Shown piece after piece: positions 47,642 through 51,737 of a stretch of 51,737 nucleotides of DNA. Each line of letters begins with the position of its first letter. The stretch's first letter is position 1. Source of the stretch: an uncultured Verrucomicrobiota bacterium (GTDB taxonomy: Bacteria > Verrucomicrobiota > Verrucomicrobiia > Limisphaerales > JAHDYP01). Location of the stretch: NCBI GenBank assembly GCA_964432995.1, contig CAYSPU010000004.1, positions 1 through 51,737 on the forward strand. Reading direction: 5' to 3'. The notes beneath the pieces were generated by a model, which had not been told where the DNA came from, made no database searches, and was given only the letters and a program-made list of their open reading frames with translations. A program made the position numbers and the translations under genes.

Positions 47642-48352
47642 TCAACCCCGACCCCTCCGCGCGGCGGCCTCCCGAATGTGGTCCGGCAGCTCCTGCTCCC
47701 GAAGCGCCCGGCAGAGTCGCTCGGCCTCGGCCGCCTGTCCTTCGGCATCGAGATGCGCCACGCAGACCAAGACCGCGTCGGCCACCGCCGTGCGGGTCGG
47801 GTCGGGGGCTCGGCGCAGGTGGGTGCGCAGGGCGCGTGCGGCCTTCGCCGAGCCAATCGATCCCAGGGCCGCTGCCGCCGCTGTCGCCACGCCGGCGTCC
47901 CGATCGCGGAGCAACCGTGCCAGCGCGGGCACACTCGTGGTGTCCCGGCGGGCCCCGATCGAGTGGATAACCCCGATCCGCTGCGTTCCGCTCAGGCGGG
48001 GAAGTCCGCCGCGCAACGCCTCCGACGCCGCGGCCCCGGGCAGGACTTCGAGAACCGCCCGCGCCGCATCCGCGAGGGCAGCGTCGGCCAGCAGAGCCGA
48101 AACCGCCGGCACACACGCGGATGAGCCAATCAGGACGAGTTGGCGGCAGATGTATTCCCTGGCCACACGCGATCCGGCGGTGGGCAGGGCGTCGAGGAGC
48201 CGCTGCTCGAGTGCCGGCTGGCGTGCCGGCTGCCCCGCGGCAGCGCGCACCGCTTCGTCGATCGGCAGCAGCGTCGCGCGCCCGGAACCGGCGGCATACG
48301 TCTTCAGGGCCTCGATGGCTTGACGGAACTCGGGGGTCTCAATGGTGGTCAT
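47642..48352 (-). CDS. HEAT-repeat (PBS-lyase-type) protein
   Basis: ATG 48352 within ORF 47642..48616. Repeated ...VPAVSALLAD..., ...[28 protein letters not shown]... units. Confidence 0.75.
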   Translation of the reverse strand: MTTIETPEFRQAIEALKTYAAGSGRATLLPIDEAVRAAAGQPARQPALEQRLLDALPTAGSRVAREYICRQLVLIGSSACVPAVSALLADAALADAARAVLEVLPGAAASEALRGGLPRLSGTQRIGVIHSIGARRDTTSVPALARLLRDRDAGVATAAAAALGSIGSAKAARALRTHLRRAPDPTRTAVADAVLVCVAHLDAEGQAAEAERLCRALREQELPDHIREAAARRGRG

Positions 48353-48359
48353 GGGGCAC

Positions 48360-50147
48360 TCATTTCGCCAACTCGACGCACAATTGCTGGAACGGCTCAA
48401 GGGCCAGCGCGTCCGCCTTCCCGGCATTCGGCCCGTTCTCGGGCAACTCCCCGGCGAACATGACGGGAGGCACCGTCTGTTGCCGGATGGTCCGCAGCAC
48501 ACGGTCATACCGACTGTCCCAGCGGCGCCATTCGACGGCGACCAGACGATTGGGCAGCGCCCGAACCGCCCTGACGGGATCCGTGCCCGCGTGCTGCCAG
48601 GCGTCGAGATTGGCACAGACCCCGAGCCGCGGGCCGGCCTCTTTCAAGATCCTCGCCAATTGCCGGGGATCCGCGAACGCGACACGTTGGGCCCGGTTTC
48701 CGCTCGGGATGGCCACGCGCATGTCAAACTCGTCAGCGAGTCTTCCGACCAGCGGCAGGTGTTCGAGCGCGGGCTCGGCGACGAGCGCTTCCACGCCCAG
48801 CTTCCGGGCAAACGCAAACAGCCGGCCCCAGCCCGGTTCATCGGCCGGCGCCTGGCTCACGGTGTAGGTCAGAAGCCGCACGCCCGCCCCGGCAAGCAAC
48901 ATGCGGACCCGGCTCAATTCCTCGTCGGTCAGCGCCGGGTCCAAGGGCCTCGCCAGACCGCCGCCGACCGGCAGTGTAGCGTCGACCCCAAGATAACTGA
49001 CGCCCAGCACCGCCGCGCGCTGCGCCGCCGCCAACAGATCGCCTCCCGCCGGCGATCCCGCCTGCAGCCCGAGCCGCCAGCCGAGCTTCTCCTGGGCCAG
49101 CACGGCCGGCGTCAACCGGCTGCTGGGGGTCGTTGGCGCGTCGAGATCGCCGAGGGCGAACTGGACCGCGGCCAGGTAGAACTCGAGCATCCGGCGATCC
49201 CAGAACACATACGGATTGTGGGCGATCGTGCAATAGAAGGCCCGGCCCCGGCCATAGCCGCGCGCCCAGGCCACGGCATAGTCGTTGTCCGCCCGCAGGC
49301 AATCCCCGCGAGGCGGCCCCTGATTCATGTCGGTCCGGTTCGTATCGAAGCTCAGCAGGACCCGCAGGCGGTCCCGCGAATACGGTTCGTGGACGCGGAA
49401 GAACTCGTCGCGAAAGTCGAACCCTTGACCTCCGAAGCAGCGGACCAGCGGATGGCCGGGGTCGTCCAACTTGAGAAAGACGTGTTCGTTGCTCTCGCGG
49501 TGGTTGGCGCCGCGCCCGCCAATGACCAGGCCGAACTCGGGCCAGTCTTCGATGGCGCCGGGCCACTGCGTGAACGCAACCGAGGATCCGTGGACGCCGA
49601 GCACGCCGCCGCCCGCGACGATGAACTCGATCAGGCTTTGGCGGAGGCTCGGGTCTGTAAAGAGATTGCCGACGTTGTTGTTGAAGAACACGGCGTCGAA
49701 CTGCCGGAGCGATTCCGGTCGGAAGACGGCGGGATCGGTGCCGACGGTGGTGGCGTAGGCCCCGGTCTTCTCGCCCATTCGCGCGAAGGCCAGGCTGGCG
49801 TGCGCGCTCGAGGGATGCCCGCCATAGCCCTCGTTGCCGTTGTAGATCAGCAGGCAACGCGGCCGACGCGGCCGCGCCGGAGCGCGCTCAGGCAGGGCCT
49901 GCTCGATCTTCGAGCGCTCGCCGGGGTCTTTCACCAAGTAGTCCCAGCGAGCGGCCTCCAGCCGCGCGGCGTCGGCAGCGGTCGCGCCGAGGCCATGGAC
50001 GCCGGACAGCCACAGGAGACCAGCGACGGCGAGGACGAACGAGGGCGCGAGAGCCCGGAGACTCCGGGGAAGACAGCTCCGCCCCAGAAACAACGAGGCG
50101 CGAAGAGGCAGGGACGTCCGGCCTCGGGCGTCCGCAGGAGCACGCAT
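48360..50147 (-). CDS. fusion of a ThuA-like domain and a xylose-isomerase-like TIM-barrel domain
   Basis: ATG 50147 within ORF 48360..50909. ThuA-like part: CLLIYNGNEGYGGH, FDAVFFNN, GGGVLGVHGSS, GRAFYCTIAHN. TIM-barrel-like C-terminal half: YLGVDA..., VRLLTYTV, VEALVAEP, RVAIPSGN. Confidence 0.75.
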   Translation of the reverse strand: MRAPADARGRTSLPLRASLFLGRSCLPRSLRALAPSFVLAVAGLLWLSGVHGLGATAADAARLEAARWDYLVKDPGERSKIEQALPERAPARPRRPRCLLIYNGNEGYGGHPSSAHASLAFARMGEKTGAYATTVGTDPAVFRPESLRQFDAVFFNNNVGNLFTDPSLRQSLIEFIVAGGGVLGVHGSSVAFTQWPGAIEDWPEFGLVIGGRGANHRESNEHVFLKLDDPGHPLVRCFGGQGFDFRDEFFRVHEPYSRDRLRVLLSFDTNRTDMNQGPPRGDCLRADNDYAVAWARGYGRGRAFYCTIAHNPYVFWDRRMLEFYLAAVQFALGDLDAPTTPSSRLTPAVLAQEKLGWRLGLQAGSPAGGDLLAAAQRAAVLGVSYLGVDATLPVGGGLARPLDPALTDEELSRVRMLLAGAGVRLLTYTVSQAPADEPGWGRLFAFARKLGVEALVAEPALEHLPLVGRLADEFDMRVAIPSGNRAQRVAFADPRQLARILKEAGPRLGVCANLDAWQHAGTDPVRAVRALPNRLVAVEWRRWDSRYDRVLRTIRQQTVPPVMFAGELPENGPNAGKADALALEPFQQLCVELAK

Positions 50148-50223
50148 CTGCTGCCCGCAACCGAATGTACACACAGGGCCGCGTGGCCCTACCTGCCGCA
50201 GTTGGTTACCCCGATGACAGGTT

Positions 50224-50295
50224 GGGCGCGCCGGATGCACTTGTTTCGTCGACTGCTCCTCGCGGCGCCCTCGGAGAGGTCGCCCTGCCTGATGA
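50224..50295 (-). repeat. REP-A core with an extended ~70-bp unit
   Basis: Same orientation as the 46742-46815 copy. It sits in the 161-nt gap between the oxidoreductase gene and the ThuA-TIM gene. Confidence 0.85.
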
Positions 50296-50308
50296 TTCAC
50301 CGGGCGTC

Positions 50309-51737
50309 TCATAATCTCCACGGCGCGCGTGCGGTTCGCGAGCGCAGTCGGTTGGCGCTTTCCGGTTCCGGGAAGACCTCCCGGGCCGGGTCCCAACGGA
50401 GCGATTGGCCGGTCCAGAAGGCGATGTTGGCGAGGTGCCCCAGCGAGGCGGAGCGATGGCCGATCTCCTCGTGCGCACTCGGGGGCCGGCGGGTGCGGAT
50501 TCCATTGAGCCACCGGGCGTGATGGTCGTTCGCACCGGGGCTGGCCTCGCGCGTCTTCAGGCCGATTTCGCGAAGCAGTTCTTCCGGGCCGGCTTCGACG
50601 GGGCCGCCGGTCGTCATGCTGGTCACCCAGCCGCGTTCCCCGACAAACACCGCCCCGAAATTCCCCGCCAACCGGGCCCCGGCCGGCACCGCCCCATACG
50701 CCTCTGCCACCATTCCCCAATGATCCACAAAATGCAGCAACGTCCCGTTCGCGTAGCGACAGGTCATCGTCGGGAATTCCTTTGCGGCCGGATGCAGCAC
50801 CTCGACCGGACCGCTTTCCTCGAAGCCCAGCGCGTATTGCAGCACGTCGGCCGAGTGCGCCAAATGCCACGTGAGCGATGTCACCCCGAAGGCGTCGTCG
50901 AACGACCACGGCACCACCCCGGGGCTGGGGTTGGTGTGGTAGAGGCGGTTATAGGGCCGCCACGGGGCCGGTCCCACCCACAGTTCCCAGTCCAATCCCT
51001 CCGGCACCGGCTCGGGCGGCAACGCAAAATCCATCGGCACATACGCTTTCCCGGCGCTCTCCGCGTTCACCACCGCCGCGAAGGGGCGGAAGCGTTCGCC
51101 GGCCGTCCACAACGCGAGGCTGTTCATGAGCGTGAACACCCGGTGGACTTTGCCCAGCCCGCCTTTCCGGACGAACTCGCACACCTGACCGATGGTGGGG
51201 ATGGACCGGTATTGCGAGCCGGTTTGGAAAACGCGGCCGTAGCGCCGCACCGTGTCCACCACCCGGCGGCCTTCGTCGATCGTCATCGAGATCGGTTTCT
51301 CGCAGTAGACATCCTTGCCGGCCTTGGCGGCGTCCACCGACTGCAGGGCATGCCAATGATCCGGCGTGGCAATGACCACCGCATCGAGATCCGCCCGCGC
51401 CAGCAACTCGCGGTAGTCCACGTAGGCCGCGCAACCCCGGTAGGTGCCACCCGCCTGCGCCGCACCATACCGCCCCTCGACCACTCCTTTCCCCTTCTCG
51501 CGGCGCTCGCGGTCGACATCGCACACCCCCAACACTTGAAATGCCGGGTCACCCGCCACCCGATGCACGTGACCGGAACCCATCGCCCCCAACCCGATCA
51601 CTCCCACCGTCACGCGGGCACTCGGCGCCACGGCACCGCCAGCGCCCAAGGCTGAAGACGGAATCACGGTCGGCACCATCCAAGCCGCCGCGGCCGCGGC
51701 CGCGCTTTGACGAAGAAAGACACGTCGAGCCCTGCCG
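50309..51737 (-). CDS. Gfo/Idh/MocA-family oxidoreductase with twin-arginine signal; 5' end lies beyond the window edge
   Basis: Rossmann motif VGVIGLGAMGSGH, EKPISMT. The frame stays open upstream of the ORF-track ATG (51679) to the window end and reads ...GRARRVFLRQSAAAAAAAWMVPT (RRxFL TAT motif). The true start is therefore outside the window. Confidence 0.85.
   Translation of the reverse strand, partial: GRARRVFLRQSAAAAAAAWMVPTVIPSSALGAGGAVAPSARVTVGVIGLGAMGSGHVHRVAGDPAFQVLGVCDVDRERREKGKGVVEGRYGAAQAGGTYRGCAAYVDYRELLARADLDAVVIATPDHWHALQSVDAAKAGKDVYCEKPISMTIDEGRRVVDTVRRYGRVFQTGSQYRSIPTIGQVCEFVRKGGLGKVHRVFTLMNSLALWTAGERFRPFAAVVNAESAGKAYVPMDFALPPEPVPEGLDWELWVGPAPWRPYNRLYHTNPSPGVVPWSFDDAFGVTSLTWHLAHSADVLQYALGFEESGPVEVLHPAAKEFPTMTCRYANGTLLHFVDHWGMVAEAYGAVPAGARLAGNFGAVFVGERGWVTSMTTGGPVEAGPEELLREIGLKTREASPGANDHHARWLNGIRTRRPPSAHEEIGHRSASLGHLANIAFWTGQSLRWDPAREVFPEPESANRLRSRTARAPWRL

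Noticed and set aside
46932-48323. ORFs 46932..48116 (-, 394 aa) and 47232..48323 (+, 363 aa).
   Set aside because: Arg/Pro/Gly-rich, spanning repeat DNA and overlapping or antisense to the HEAT-repeat gene. No motifs.
48360-50909. Full 849-aa version of the ThuA-TIM ORF.
   Set aside because: The N-terminal 254 residues overlap the oxidoreductase gene and the REP-A repeat and are Arg/Gly-rich. ATG 50147 precedes a signal-like segment.

Overview
High-GC bacterial chromosomal segment (my hand counts of individual 60-nt lines mostly give 63-68 % GC). It is most consistent with Verrucomicrobiota: it has a VPDSG-CTERM sorting-signal protein, several DUF1080 and ThuA proteins, a TAT-signal Gfo/Idh/MocA oxidoreductase and a giant CotH/lamin-tail protein. 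I can support about 40 protein-coding genes. I see no rRNA, complete tRNA, CRISPR array, transposase, integrase or phage gene. Gene content: (a) secreted carbohydrate-active or 3-keto-sugar-pathway-like proteins (DUF1080 x2 genes, ThuA x2, xylose-isomerase-like TIM barrels x2, a clan GH-A hydrolase, DUF2961/GH172, NPCBM+GH27). (b) Housekeeping genes (cca, rpsU, RRM RNA-binding protein, bactofilin, an HK/RR pair, yjbQ). (c) A nucleotide-sugar pair (GalU-like plus a 1132-aa GHMP-kinase-like/UGPase-family fusion). (d) Two toxin-antitoxin-type loci: an AbiEii-like nucleotidyltransferase with a small upstream ORF, and an orphan AbrB/VapB antitoxin followed by a 27-codon PIN stub. Four things stand out. 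(1) Intergenic DNA is unusually long (0.5-1 kb blocks) and is assembled from at least ten families of short hairpin repeats, many bounded by CCATGAACC/GGTTCATGG. (2) A pair of near-identical ~310-360 bp inverted repeats brackets a four-gene transporter cassette (ZIP, a 118-aa ORF, FtsX-type permease, ABC ATPase) whose junctions are all ATGA overlaps. A Cys-rich polytopic membrane protein and a NosL-family lipoprotein follow it. (3) A lower-GC orphan gene encodes an enlarged QueC-like PP-loop protein. (4) A low-GC islet carries the VPDSG-CTERM gene next to an apparent gene remnant. All functional calls come from motif recognition by eye on the supplied translations. No database search, HMM search or folding computation was run.
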